From NCBI GenBank assembly GCA_048498975.1, contig JBEHWY010000001.1, forward strand, positions 1 through 55,976: a stretch of 55,976 bases of DNA. The letters run 5' to 3'. A program made the translations under genes and the position numbers. The notes below the pieces were generated by a model, which worked only from the letters and a program-made list of their open reading frames with translations, had not been told where the DNA came from and did not search any database. Within the stretch, counting starts at the first letter, position 1; each line of letters opens with the position of its first letter. Below, piece after piece: positions 1 to 12,462 of this stretch. This DNA comes from Actinomycetota bacterium. Lineage in GTDB: Bacteria > Actinomycetota > Thermoleophilia > Solirubrobacterales > 70-9.

Positions 1-14
1 GGCCCCGCCAAGGT

Positions 15-1610
15 TTAGGGGCCGGGCGTCCGCTCGACCGCGGCTTCGGCGGTTGCCGCCTCGGCCTCGCGGGTCGCGGCGCCCTCCAGCGAGTTCGACA
101 GCGCCCGCAGGTAGGCGCGCGCGGAGGCCTCGATGATGTCGGTGGCGACGCCGACGCCGGTCGCCAGGCGACCGTCGGTGCGCAGCATCACCGTCACCTC
201 GCCGAGGGCGTCCTCTCCCCCGGTCACCGCGTCGACCGTGTACTGGCGCAGCTCGCTCTCGGTGCCGGTCGCTTTCTGGATCGCGCGGAAGATGGCGTCG
301 ATCGGGCCGTCGCCGCTCGACTCGCCGACGACGACCTCGCCCGAGGGCATGGTGACGCCGACCTGGGCGCGCGGCTCGTGGTGGGAACCGGCTTCGACCT
401 CGAAGGAGGCCAGCTCGTGGGAGTCGGAGCGCTCGCGCATCTCGTCGGAGACGATCGCCTCCAGATCCAGCGCGGTCACCTGCTTCTTGCGGTCGGCAAC
501 CTCCTTGAACGCCTTGAAGGCGGAGTTCAGCGCGTTGCCCTCGACCTTGAAGCCCAGCTGCTCCAGCGCGTCTTTCAGCGCGTGGCGGCCGGAGTGCTTG
601 CCCAGCACGATCGAGTTCGACTCCAGGCCGACTTCGGTCGCGTCCATGATCTCGTAGGTGCTGCGCTCCTTCAGCACGCCGTCCTGGTGGATCCCGGACT
701 CGTGGGCGAAGGCGTTGCGGCCGACGATCGCCTTGTTGGGCTGAATCGCGTAGCCGGTCAGGCGCGAGACCATGCGGCTGGTGCGGGCGATCTCCCGGGT
801 GTTGATCCCGGTGCTCATCCCGTGGGCGTCCTCGCGCACGTGGACCAGCATCGCGATCTCCTCCAGGGAGCAGTTGCCGGCGCGCTCGCCGATCCCGTTG
901 ACGGCGCACTCGACCTGCCGCGCCCCGGCCAGCAGACCCGCGTAGGAGTTGGCGACGGCCAGTCCCAGATCGTCGTGGCAGTGGACCGACAACTCGACCT
1001 CGTCCAACCCGGGCACCAGCTCGTACAGCCGCTTCAGGTAGGCGGAGTACTCCTCCGGCGTGGTGTAGCCGACGGTGTCGGGGATGTTGACGACGGTGGC
1101 GCCCTCCTCGACGGCGATCGCGCAGACTTCGGCGGTGAACTCGACGTCGGCGCGGGTCGCGTCCATCGGCGAGAACTCGACGTCCTCGCAGTAGGACTTG
1201 GCCAGGGCGACGGCCGCCCGGGCCTGGCCCTTGACGTCCTCGCGGTCGGTCTGCAGCTGGTGCTCGATGTGGATGTCGGAGGTCGAGATGAAGGTGTGGA
1301 TGCGCGGCCGCGCCGCCTCCTTCACCGCCCCCCACGCCGCATCGATGTCGGCCTTGTGGGTGCGGGCCAGGCCGCAGATCACCGGGCCCTCGACGCGGCG
1401 GGCGATCTCGGAGACCGCCTCGAAGTCACCGGGCGAGGTGATCGGGAAGCCGGCCTCGATCACGTCGACCCCCAGCCGCGCCAGCTGCTGGGCGATCTCG
1501 ACCTTCTCGGCGGTGTTGAGCGAGATCCCGGGCGACTGCTCGCCGTCTCGCAGGGTGGTGTCGAAGATGTGGACGCGGTTGGCGTCGTTTACGTCGGTCT
1601 TGGGTCCCAT
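15..1610 (-). CDS. leuA: 2-isopropylmalate synthase
   Basis: 531-aa ORF. It has the N-terminal HIFDTTLRDGEQSPG motif, the SVHCHDDLG metal site and a C-terminal LeuA regulatory region. The ATG is preceded by the SD GAGAAGGAGAAGG. Confidence 0.95.
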   Translation of the reverse strand: MGPKTDVNDANRVHIFDTTLRDGEQSPGISLNTAEKVEIAQQLARLGVDVIEAGFPITSPGDFEAVSEIARRVEGPVICGLARTHKADIDAAWGAVKEAARPRIHTFISTSDIHIEHQLQTDREDVKGQARAAVALAKSYCEDVEFSPMDATRADVEFTAEVCAIAVEEGATVVNIPDTVGYTTPEEYSAYLKRLYELVPGLDEVELSVHCHDDLGLAVANSYAGLLAGARQVECAVNGIGERAGNCSLEEIAMLVHVREDAHGMSTGINTREIARTSRMVSRLTGYAIQPNKAIVGRNAFAHESGIHQDGVLKERSTYEIMDATEVGLESNSIVLGKHSGRHALKDALEQLGFKVEGNALNSAFKAFKEVADRKKQVTALDLEAIVSDEMRERSDSHELASFEVEAGSHHEPRAQVGVTMPSGEVVVGESSGDGPIDAIFRAIQKATGTESELRQYTVDAVTGGEDALGEVTVMLRTDGRLATGVGVATDIIEASARAYLRALSNSLEGAATREAEAATAEAAVERTPGP

Positions 1611-1615
1611 CGGAC

Positions 1616-1711
1616 CTTCTCCTTCTCTACTCGAATCGAATGGCCTTTTTCATCTCGCGGCTATCGCGCCGCCCAGCGCTATTCCCCCCGAGGGGGGAGG
1701 AGAAGGAGAAG
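1616..1711 (-). promoter_or_regulatory. SD-sequestering helix of the leuA leader (anti-SD = Leu codon run)
   Basis: Minus-strand CUUCUCCUUCUC (plus 1700-1711) is a perfect 12-nt complement of the leuA SD GAGAAGGAGAAG (plus 1616-1627). Confidence 0.6.
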
Positions 1712-1741
1712 CGCGAGGCTGTGGGTATCGCGGAAAGCCAT
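1679..1741 (-). promoter_or_regulatory. Leu-rich leader peptide ORF upstream of leuA (MAFRDTHSLALLLLLPPRGE)
   Basis: 20-codon ORF on the minus strand whose stop lies 68 nt upstream of the leuA ATG. It contains CTC GCG CTT CTC CTT CTC CTC, which is 6 Leu in 7 codons. Confidence 0.7.
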
Positions 1742-1846
1742 TCGTCCAGGAGGGTAGCGCACTCCCGCGATTCCGTTGGCGGCTTGACGTAGCCTGCCCG
1801 CATCGCCTCCCCGACGCAACGCACGAACTGGCTGGCGCTGGTCGCC

Positions 1847-3196
1847 ATGGGCCTGGCGGTGATCGTGATCGCCAACGACTTCTCGGCGATCAACGTCGCC
1901 CTGCCCACGATGGAGAAGGACTTCGACACCAACGTCAACACGATCCAGTGGGTGGTCAACGCCTACGCGCTGACCTTCGGCGTGATGATCGTCACCGGCG
2001 GCCGCCTCGCCGACATGTTCGGGCGCCGCAACGCCTTCTTCCTCGGCACCGCGATCTTCGCCACGATGTCGGCGCTCGGCGGCGCCGCCCAGAGCGAGGC
2101 CTGGCTGATCGCCAGCCGCACCCTGATGGGGATCGGCGGGGCGCTGATGTGGCCGGCGATCCTCGGCATGACCTTCGCGATCCTGCCCGAAGAGAAGGCG
2201 GGCCTGGCCGGCGGCATCATCCTCGGCGCGGCGGGCCTCGGCAACGCGCTCGGGCCGCTGATCGGCGGCGTCCTCACCGACCTCGCCAGTTGGCGCTGGA
2301 TCTTCTTCCTCAACGTCCCGATCGCCCTCTTCGCCGTGCTCGTCACCTACTTCCTGGTCCACGTCGAGGAGCCCGAGAGCGCCGACCACAAGATCGACTA
2401 CGGCGGGATCACGACCCTCTCGATCGGGCTCGTCTCGCTGCTGGTAGCGCTCGACCAAGTCGACGACTGGGGCTGGGGCGACCCGCGGGTGATCGGGCTG
2501 CTGGCGACCTGCGTCGTCATGCTCGCCGCCTTCGGGCCGATCGAGCGCCGCGCCGGCGCGCACGCGCTGGTGCCGAAGGAGGTGATGCGCAACGAGAGCT
2601 TCACCGCCTCCTGCATCGCGATCCTCTTCATGTCGGCGACCTTCTTCGCGGCGCTGCTCTACCTGCCGCAGTTCATGGAGAAACAGCTCGGCTACTCGCC
2701 GCTGGAAGCCGGCGTCGGGATCCTCCCCTTCCTCGGCACCTTCGCCGTCGTCTCCTTCATCGCCGGCCCGCTCTACAACCGGGTCGGCGCCAAGCCGCTG
2801 GCGGTGCTCGGCGCCCTCTGCATCACCGTCGCGCCGTTCCTGTTCTCCCTCGTCGACAGCGGCTCGGGCTATGACTCGCTGATCGTCGGCATGGTCGTCC
2901 TCGGCGTCGGGGTCGGCAGCTTCTACCCGACGGCGACGACCGCCGGGGTGACCTCGGTCGACAGCTCCCAGACCAGCCTCGCCGGCGGCATCGTCTACAT
3001 GTTCCAGATCGCCGGCGGCTCGATCGGGCTGGGGCTGACGACGACCGTCTTCTCGGCCGCGATCCCGCCCTTCGTCGACGGCGTCAGCGCCGCCTTCCGG
3101 CTCGACGCCTCGCTCTCGCTGGTCGGGTTGCTGATCGCGCTGTTCTTCGTCGGCGGCCGCCTCTTCCCCCGCCGCGCCGCCGCCGACACAGCCTGA
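1847..3196 (+). CDS. MFS transporter (drug:H+ antiporter-like)
   Basis: 449-aa multi-TM ORF with the MFS signature GGRLADMFGRR. There is no canonical start between the upstream in-frame stop (1790) and the ATG at 1847. Confidence 0.85.
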   Translation: MGLAVIVIANDFSAINVALPTMEKDFDTNVNTIQWVVNAYALTFGVMIVTGGRLADMFGRRNAFFLGTAIFATMSALGGAAQSEAWLIASRTLMGIGGALMWPAILGMTFAILPEEKAGLAGGIILGAAGLGNALGPLIGGVLTDLASWRWIFFLNVPIALFAVLVTYFLVHVEEPESADHKIDYGGITTLSIGLVSLLVALDQVDDWGWGDPRVIGLLATCVVMLAAFGPIERRAGAHALVPKEVMRNESFTASCIAILFMSATFFAALLYLPQFMEKQLGYSPLEAGVGILPFLGTFAVVSFIAGPLYNRVGAKPLAVLGALCITVAPFLFSLVDSGSGYDSLIVGMVVLGVGVGSFYPTATTAGVTSVDSSQTSLAGGIVYMFQIAGGSIGLGLTTTVFSAAIPPFVDGVSAAFRLDASLSLVGLLIALFFVGGRLFPRRAAADTA

Positions 3197-3197
3197 G

Positions 3198-3749
3198 CTA
3201 CTGCGCTTCGGTGTTGTGGCCGGGCCCGCCGACGAGCAGGTCTTCGCCCGGACCGCCGGCCAGCCGGTCGTTGCCGGCACCGCCGTAGAGGCGGTCGGCG
3301 CCGGGGCCGCCGAACAGCCAGTCGTCGCCGGGCTGGCCGATCAGTTTGTCGTTGCCCGAACCACCGAGGATCTTGTCGCTGCCGCCGCCCCCGGCGAGGA
3401 TGTCGCGCCCGGGGCCACCGCGCAGGGTCGCCGGCGCCGTGATCGTGCGGCTGACCGCGAAGCGGTCGTCGCCACCGGCCCCGTTGAGTTCGAAGCCGAC
3501 GATCGCCGCCGCTTCGCACTGCAGCAGGTTCGGGTTGTTTTCGATGTGGGTGCAGATGCCGCCGCCGACTTCCAGCGGCGCGTTGGCCTCGATCAGGTAG
3601 TAGCGGCCGTCTTCGCTGAGTTCGATCGAGAAGCCGTTGGCGCCCGCGTCGCCGCTCAGCAGCAGCGTCAGCCCCCGTTCACTCGCATGCGCGGCCGTGG
3701 CCAGCATGGCCACGAGGACGGTGACGAGGATCGAGATCGCCTTCTTCAT
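3198..3749 (-). CDS. secreted calcium-binding protein with RTX/hemolysin-type GGxGxD repeats
   Basis: Signal peptide MKKAISILVTVLVAMLATAAHA. The C-terminal half carries tandem nonapeptides (GGSGNDKLIG, GGPGADRLYG, GGAGNDRLAG, GGPGEDLLVG). Confidence 0.8.
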   Translation of the reverse strand: MKKAISILVTVLVAMLATAAHASERGLTLLLSGDAGANGFSIELSEDGRYYLIEANAPLEVGGGICTHIENNPNLLQCEAAAIVGFELNGAGGDDRFAVSRTITAPATLRGGPGRDILAGGGGSDKILGGSGNDKLIGQPGDDWLFGGPGADRLYGGAGNDRLAGGPGEDLLVGGPGHNTEAQ

Positions 3750-3769
3750 TGCGGGGCAGGTATTCGCTT

Positions 3770-3787
3770 CAGGGGGACGCTCCCCTG
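3770..3787 (-). terminator. hairpin directly after the oxidoreductase stop codon
   Basis: CAGGGGG-ACGC-TCCCCTG stem, 2 nt past the stop at 3789-3791. No U-tract. Confidence 0.4.
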
Positions 3788-3788
3788 T

Positions 3789-4823
3789 CTATGGGAACAA
3801 CACGACCTTGCCGACGTTGCGGCGCTGGCCGATGAACTCGTGCGCGGCGCCGGCTTCGGCGAAGGGGAACGAGGCGCCGACGACCGGCTCCAGGCGGCCG
3901 GCCTGCAGGTCGGCGAGCAGCGGCTCGGTGACGCGGTCGAGGTTGCCCTCGCGATCCCACCAGGAGAGCATGTTGAGCCCAAACACGCCTTTGTTCTCGT
4001 TCATCAGGTTGAGGCTCTTCCACCACGGCAGCGTCGCCAGCGGCATCGTCGCCAGGCTGCGCAGGGTGGCGGCGATGCTGCGGCCGCCGTCAGGCGAGGC
4101 TTCGGAGAGGCCGAACATCACCAGTCGCCCGCCGGAGCGCAGCAGGCGGTAGTCCTTGCGGAAGCTGGCGGGGCCGAGAGCGTCGATCACCAGGTCGACG
4201 CCCTCCCCTTCGGTGAGCCGCATCACCTCGGCCTCGAAGTCCTGCGTCCGGTAGTCGATCGGGTCGGTGACGCCCTGGGCGCGGATCGCCTCGTGCTTGG
4301 CCGCCGAGGCGGTGCCGATCACCATGCCGGCGCCGACGTTGCGGGCGATCTGGGTGGCGGCGATGCCGACCCCGCCGGCCGCCGCGTGGATCAGAACGCG
4401 GTTGCCGGGGCGCAGGCTGCCCATCACGACCAGCGCCGCGTAGGCGGTGCCGTAGTTGACCGGGAAGGCGGCGCCCTGCTCGAAGCTGAGCGGCTCGGGC
4501 AGCGGCAGGACCTGGGCGGCATCGACGGCGACGAGCTCGGCCTGGCCGCCGAAGCGGGTCCCCGCCATCACCCGGTCGCCGACCGCGAAGTCCGCGACCC
4601 CCTCCCCCACCGCGTCGACCTCGCCGGCGACCTCGTAGCCGAGCACGCACGGCGGCTTCGGCGCGTCCGGGTAGAGGCCGACGCGGGCCATCGTGTCGGC
4701 GAAGTTGATCCCGGCAGCACGCACCGCGATCCGCACCTGCCCCGGCCCCGCGACAGGGTCAGGCCGCTCCTGCACCTGGAGAACCTCCGGACCTCCAGTC
4801 CCGGTCAGCACCACCGCCCGCAT
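3789..4823 (-). CDS. zinc-type alcohol dehydrogenase / NADPH:quinone oxidoreductase family (MDR)
   Basis: 344 aa. MRAVVL...GINFADTMARVGLYPDAPKPPCVLGYEVAGEV plus an AAGGVG nucleotide-binding motif. Confidence 0.85.
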   Translation of the reverse strand: MRAVVLTGTGGPEVLQVQERPDPVAGPGQVRIAVRAAGINFADTMARVGLYPDAPKPPCVLGYEVAGEVDAVGEGVADFAVGDRVMAGTRFGGQAELVAVDAAQVLPLPEPLSFEQGAAFPVNYGTAYAALVVMGSLRPGNRVLIHAAAGGVGIAATQIARNVGAGMVIGTASAAKHEAIRAQGVTDPIDYRTQDFEAEVMRLTEGEGVDLVIDALGPASFRKDYRLLRSGGRLVMFGLSEASPDGGRSIAATLRSLATMPLATLPWWKSLNLMNENKGVFGLNMLSWWDREGNLDRVTEPLLADLQAGRLEPVVGASFPFAEAGAAHEFIGQRRNVGKVVLFP

Positions 4824-4865
4824 CGCGACAGCCTAACCGGGGCTGGCCAGGCGGCCAAACCGACG

Positions 4866-8377
<3,512 letters not shown>

Positions 8378-8387
8378 GGAGAGGACG

Positions 8388-8792
8388 ATGACCGACGCGG
8401 AGCCGCAGGTCAGCAAGGGCGAGGGCTATGCCGTCGCCAACCTCGACGACCTCGGCCAGGGCCCCGGGTTCCGCAAGATTCGCGGCGCGCTCGGGGTCAC
8501 CGCGTTCGGCGCCAACGCGATCGTCCTGCCGCCGTCATTTGAGACCGGCAGCCACTACCACGACGAACAGGAGGAGCTCTACTTCGTCCACAGCGGCGAA
8601 GTCGAGTTCACCTTCGGCGACGGCTCGACCCAGCGCCTGGGCCCCGGTGGCCTGGCCTGGGTCGCGCCGGCGACCCATCGCAAGGTGCGGAACCTGAGTG
8701 ACTCAGAGGACGCCGTTTACGTGGTGGTTGGGGGCAAGGACGGGTACGTGGGGCGGGACGGGAAGTTGGCTGAGGGCGAGACGCATCGGTAG
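8388..8792 (+). CDS. cupin domain protein
   Basis: 134 aa with the cupin motifs GSHYHDEQEELYFVHSGE and GGLAWVAPATHR. The start lies 10 nt after the DUF4389 stop. Confidence 0.8.
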   Translation: MTDAEPQVSKGEGYAVANLDDLGQGPGFRKIRGALGVTAFGANAIVLPPSFETGSHYHDEQEELYFVHSGEVEFTFGDGSTQRLGPGGLAWVAPATHRKVRNLSDSEDAVYVVVGGKDGYVGRDGKLAEGETHR

Positions 8793-8854
8793 CGAGGGAG
8801 GAGCCCGGTGCATCTTCGGGCGAATTGAGTCGCGCCCCTATGTCGGGGCGGCTC

Positions 8855-8955
8855 CGCCGTGATGCTGCCCGCCTATGGCGGGCATGGAATCAGATTGCAT
8901 TTCGCGCCCTTCGGGCAACATTCGCCCGAAGACGCACCGGGCTCCTCCACCCAAA
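8855..8955. repeat. about 100-nt repeat unit, copy 1 (forward)
   Basis: Core ATGCTGCCCGCCTATGGCGGGCA is identical to the reverse complement of 9131-9153. By eye, about 75% identity over about 100 nt with copy 2. Confidence 0.7.
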
Positions 8956-9061
8956 CGCTGTGTCCCGAGACAGGAAGCTTCCGGAGCTCCCCAAGGGACG
9001 GGGCGCCGGCTGAATCTCTCGCGGCCGCCGAAGGTGCGCGAGCTTGAACAATCTGAGCGTG

Positions 9062-9160
9062 GTCGTTGGGAGGGGCGGTGACCCCTCTCCGGGAATGTGG
9101 CCGAAGGCAGCGGAAATGCAATCCGGTTCCTGCCCGCCATAGGCGGGCAGCATGTTCGGG
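9062..9160. repeat. about 100-nt repeat unit, copy 2 (inverted)
   Basis: Its reverse complement aligns with 8855-8955. It contains the internal hairpin GCCCGCC-ATA-GGCGGGC. Confidence 0.7.
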
Positions 9161-9214
9161 AGCTATCCCGACAGGGATGCGACAAATTCACGGAGAGGGG
9201 TCACCGCCCCTCCC
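9068..9214. mobile_element. MITE-like 147-bp segment bounded by perfect 24-bp inverted repeats
   Basis: 9068-9091 GGGAGGGGCGGTGACCCCTCTCCG is the exact reverse complement of 9191-9214. It has no coding capacity and lies between convergent genes. Confidence 0.35.
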
Positions 9215-9231
9215 CTTCGCCCAACCTCAGA

Positions 9232-10236
9232 TCAGAACTCTTCGTTGATCCAGGGCATCATCCCGCGAAGGTCTTTCCCGACCTCCTCGATTTCCGCCCC
9301 CGCCAGCTCTTTGCGCATGCGGTCGAAGTTCTCGCCCCCAGCCCGGTTCTCGGCGATCCACTCGCGGGCGAACTCGCCCGACTGGATCTCGCTGAGGATC
9401 TGCTTCATCGCCGCCTTCGTCTCGTCGGTGATCACCCGTTTGCCGCGGGTGAGGTCGCCGTACTCGGCGGTGTTGGAGATCGAGTAGTGCATCCCCTGGA
9501 TGCCCTTCTCGTACATCAGGTCGACGATCAGCTTCAGCTCGTGCAGGCACTCGAAGTAGGCCAGGCGCGGGTCGTAGCCAGCCTCGACCAGCGTCTCGTA
9601 GCCGGCCTGGACCAGCTCCGAGGCGCCGCCGCAGAGGACGGCCTGCTCGCCGAAGAGGTCGGTCTCGCACTCGTCTTTGAAGGTGGTCTCGATGATCGCC
9701 GCGCGGCCGCCGCCGATGCCGGAGGCGTAGGCGAGGATCAGGTCGCGGGCTTCGCCGCTGGCGTCCTGGTGGACGGCGATCAGGTCGGGAACGCCGTTGC
9801 CTTCCTCGAACTGGCGGCGGACCAAGTGGCCGGGGCCCTTGGGCGCGACCATGCCGACGTCGACGCCGGCCGGCGCCTCGATCTCGCCGAAGTGGATCGC
9901 GAAGCCGTGGCCGAAGAGCAGCAGGTTGCCGGGGGCGATCCCCTCGGCGATCTCCTCGCGCCAGACCTGGCCCTGTTTCTCGTCGGGCAGCAGGATCATC
10001 ACGATGTCGCCCTTGTAGGCGGCGTCGCCGACGGAGAGGACCTCGAAGCCGGCGGCCTCGGCCTTGGCGCGGCTGGCCGAATCCGGGCGCAGGCCGACGA
10101 TCACGTCGACGCCTGAGTCCTTGAGGTTGAGGGCATGCGCATGCCCCTGGGAGCCGTAGCCGAGGATCGCGACGGTCTTGCCGTCGAGCTTGCTGAGGTC
10201 GGCGTCTTTGTCGTAGAAGATGTCGTCGGTTCGCAT
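9232..10236 (-). CDS. ilvC: ketol-acid reductoisomerase
   Basis: Start [38 protein letters not shown]. The 64 upstream codons of the ORF lie antisense to the end of menE and are not coding. Confidence 0.93.
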   Translation of the reverse strand: MRTDDIFYDKDADLSKLDGKTVAILGYGSQGHAHALNLKDSGVDVIVGLRPDSASRAKAEAAGFEVLSVGDAAYKGDIVMILLPDEKQGQVWREEIAEGIAPGNLLLFGHGFAIHFGEIEAPAGVDVGMVAPKGPGHLVRRQFEEGNGVPDLIAVHQDASGEARDLILAYASGIGGGRAAIIETTFKDECETDLFGEQAVLCGGASELVQAGYETLVEAGYDPRLAYFECLHELKLIVDLMYEKGIQGMHYSISNTAEYGDLTRGKRVITDETKAAMKQILSEIQSGEFAREWIAENRAGGENFDRMRKELAGAEIEEVGKDLRGMMPWINEEF

Positions 10237-10247
10237 GAGGCGGCAGG

Positions 10248-11573
10248 CTACCTGAGCGCCCGTCTCATCAGCTTGCCCGAGGGCGTGCGCGGCAGCGCCG
10301 CCGCCAGCTCGACCCGCTTCGGCACTTTGAAGTCGGCCAGCGATTCGCCGCAGAAGCGGCGCAGGTCGTCGGGGCTGACCTCGGCTCCGCTCTCCAGCAC
10401 CACCACCGCGGTCACCGCCTGCTGCCACTCGGGGTCCTCGCGGCCGATCACGGCGGCGTCGGCAACCAGGGGGTGGCGGAGCAGCACCTCCTCGACCTCG
10501 GCCGGGACGACGTTCTCGCCGCCGGAGACGATCAGGTCGTCGATCCGGTCCTCGACGTAGAGGAAGCCTTCGTCGTCGATGTGGCCGAGGTCGCCGGTGT
10601 GCAGCCAGCCGTCGGCGTCGGCGCGGCCGGGGGCGACGGTGGGGCCCTGGATCAGGATCTCGCCGTCCTCGATCCGCAGGTGGGTGGTGAGCAGCGGCCG
10701 GCCGGCGGAGCCGAGCTTGCGGCGCGCGTCGGCCGGCGCCAGCGTCGTCACCTGCGAGCAGGTCTCGGTCAGGCCGTAGGTCTGGACCACGGTGGCGCCC
10801 CGCTCGAGCGCCTCGCGCAGCGGCTCCTCGGGGACGGGGCCGCCGCCGACGAGGATCGCGCGCGGGCCGGAGAGGTCGGCGCCGGCGGCCAGCAGCCGGG
10901 TCAGCATCGTCGTCACCAGGGAGACGACCGTGATCCGGTCGGATTCGAGCGAGGCGGCGACGCGGTCGACGTCGAAGCCGTCGTGGACGACGGCGGCGGT
11001 GCCGTAGATGACGCTGCGCATGACGATCCCGAGGCCGGCGATGTGGCTGAGCGGCACGCAGCAGAGCCAGCGGTCGGCGGGGTCGACGCCGATGTTGAAG
11101 CCCGAGCCGACCGCGTTCCAGAGGAAGTTGCCGTAGGTGAGGCCGACCGGCTTCGGCGTGCCGGAGCTGCCGCTGGTGAGGACGCGGGCGCAGACGTCGT
11201 CCATGTCGTGCTCGCCGAGCAGCGGCAGGTCGGCCTCGGTCTGGGTCAGCAGGCCGGCGTCGTCGAGGTCGACGATCGGCTCCTCGGCGGCGACGATCGC
11301 GGCCCGCTCGGCCTCGGTCAGGCGCGGGCTCAGCGGCAGCAGCGTGGCGCCGACCTTCATCAGCGCGTGGGTGAGGACGACCTGCTCGCGGCGCGGATGC
11401 ATGGTCAGCGCCGCGGTCGAGCCGCGGCGGACGCCGTGGGCGGCGAGGCGGCGCGCGACCCAGGTCGACTCGGCCTCGAGCTCGGCGTAGGTCATCTCCG
11501 CCCCGTCGGCGACCAGGGCTGTGCGCTCGGGACAGCTCTGGGACCGCTGGGCGAGCCAGTTGTCGAGTTTCAT
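10248..11573 (-). CDS. menE: o-succinylbenzoate-CoA ligase
   Basis: Starts [23 protein letters not shown]-binding motif [11 protein letters not shown]. Sits in men cluster context. Confidence 0.85.
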   Translation of the reverse strand: MKLDNWLAQRSQSCPERTALVADGAEMTYAELEAESTWVARRLAAHGVRRGSTAALTMHPRREQVVLTHALMKVGATLLPLSPRLTEAERAAIVAAEEPIVDLDDAGLLTQTEADLPLLGEHDMDDVCARVLTSGSSGTPKPVGLTYGNFLWNAVGSGFNIGVDPADRWLCCVPLSHIAGLGIVMRSVIYGTAAVVHDGFDVDRVAASLESDRITVVSLVTTMLTRLLAAGADLSGPRAILVGGGPVPEEPLREALERGATVVQTYGLTETCSQVTTLAPADARRKLGSAGRPLLTTHLRIEDGEILIQGPTVAPGRADADGWLHTGDLGHIDDEGFLYVEDRIDDLIVSGGENVVPAEVEEVLLRHPLVADAAVIGREDPEWQQAVTAVVVLESGAEVSPDDLRRFCGESLADFKVPKRVELAAALPRTPSGKLMRRALR

Positions 11574-11585
11574 AAGGTCCCCATC

Positions 11586-12452
11586 ATGCCCAAACGCCAC
11601 AAGTCCGCTCCGCCGGAGGAGCAGCTCTACGCGCCGATCGATTGGCAGAGCGCCGGCGAGTACTCCGACATCCTCTACGAGAAAGCCGACGGGATCGCGA
11701 AGATCACGATCAACCGGCCCGAGGTCCACAACGCCTTCCGCCCGCAGACGCTGATCGAGGTCGGCGCCGCGATGGAGCTGGCCCGCGAGGACCAGGAGGT
11801 CGGGGTCGTCATCCTCACCGGCGCCGGCGAGCGTGCCTTCTGCTCGGGCGGCGACCAGCAGGTGCGCGGCGACACCGGCTACGTCCCCGAGGGCGAGAGC
11901 ATCGGCCGCTTCCACGTCACCGACCTGCAGGTGCAGATGCGGCGGCTGCCGAAGCCGGTGGTGGCGATGGTCGCCGGCTACGCGGTCGGCGGCGGCCACG
12001 TGCTGCACGTCTGCTGCGACCTGACGATCGCCGCCGACAACGCCGTCTTCGGCCAGACCGGGCCGCGGGTCGGCTCCTGGGACGGCGGCTTCGGCGCCTC
12101 GCTGCTGCGCGACCTGGTCGGGACCAAGAAGGCGAAGGAGTTCTGGCTGCTGTGCCGGATGTACGACGCCGAGGAGGCGCTGAAGATGGGCTTGGTCAAC
12201 ACCGTCGTCCCGCTCGCCGACCTCGAGCGCGAGACTGTCGCCTGGTGCCGCGAGATGCTCTCCCTCTCCCCCTTCGCCCTGCGCCTGGTCAAGGCCAGCT
12301 TCAACGCGCACGAGGACGGCTACGCCGGGATCCAGCAGCTCGCCCACGACGCCAACCTCCTCTTCTACGGCAGCGAGGAGGCAGCCGAGGGCCGCGAGGC
12401 GTTCAAGCAGAAACGGCTGCCCGAGTTCGACAAGTTCCCGCGGCGGCCGTGA
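11586..12452 (+). CDS. menB: 1,4-dihydroxy-2-naphthoyl-CoA synthase
   Basis: 288 aa, crotonase fold. Contains [23 protein letters not shown] and [36 protein letters not shown]. Confidence 0.93.
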   Translation: MPKRHKSAPPEEQLYAPIDWQSAGEYSDILYEKADGIAKITINRPEVHNAFRPQTLIEVGAAMELAREDQEVGVVILTGAGERAFCSGGDQQVRGDTGYVPEGESIGRFHVTDLQVQMRRLPKPVVAMVAGYAVGGGHVLHVCCDLTIAADNAVFGQTGPRVGSWDGGFGASLLRDLVGTKKAKEFWLLCRMYDAEEALKMGLVNTVVPLADLERETVAWCREMLSLSPFALRLVKASFNAHEDGYAGIQQLAHDANLLFYGSEEAAEGREAFKQKRLPEFDKFPRRP

Positions 12453-12462
12453 GGCGAGTGCG

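Noticed and set aside
1627-1653. An 8-codon uORF, MKKAIRFE, whose stop overlaps the leuA SD.
   Set aside because: It has no Leu codons and no SD of its own. It may be fortuitous. The Leu-rich 20-codon ORF further upstream explains the region better.
1676-1686. An 11-nt match, CAGCGCTATTC, shared between the leuA leader (1676) and the ilvN-menF spacer (17698).
   Set aside because: Matches of this length are expected by chance many times in 56 kb, and the flanks show no extended similarity.
8793-9231. Possible CRISPR array or retron msr/msd.
   Set aside because: The repeats are inverted and nested rather than direct and evenly spaced. There is no cas or reverse transcriptase gene in the window.
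8825-9248. A set of 60-117-aa ORFs in all frames of the repeat region, including two that begin MLPAYGG (a possible peptide-precursor pair).
   Set aside because: Their similarity simply reflects the nucleotide repeat read in the same frame. There are no SDs and no modifying enzymes nearby, and the frames overlap each other.
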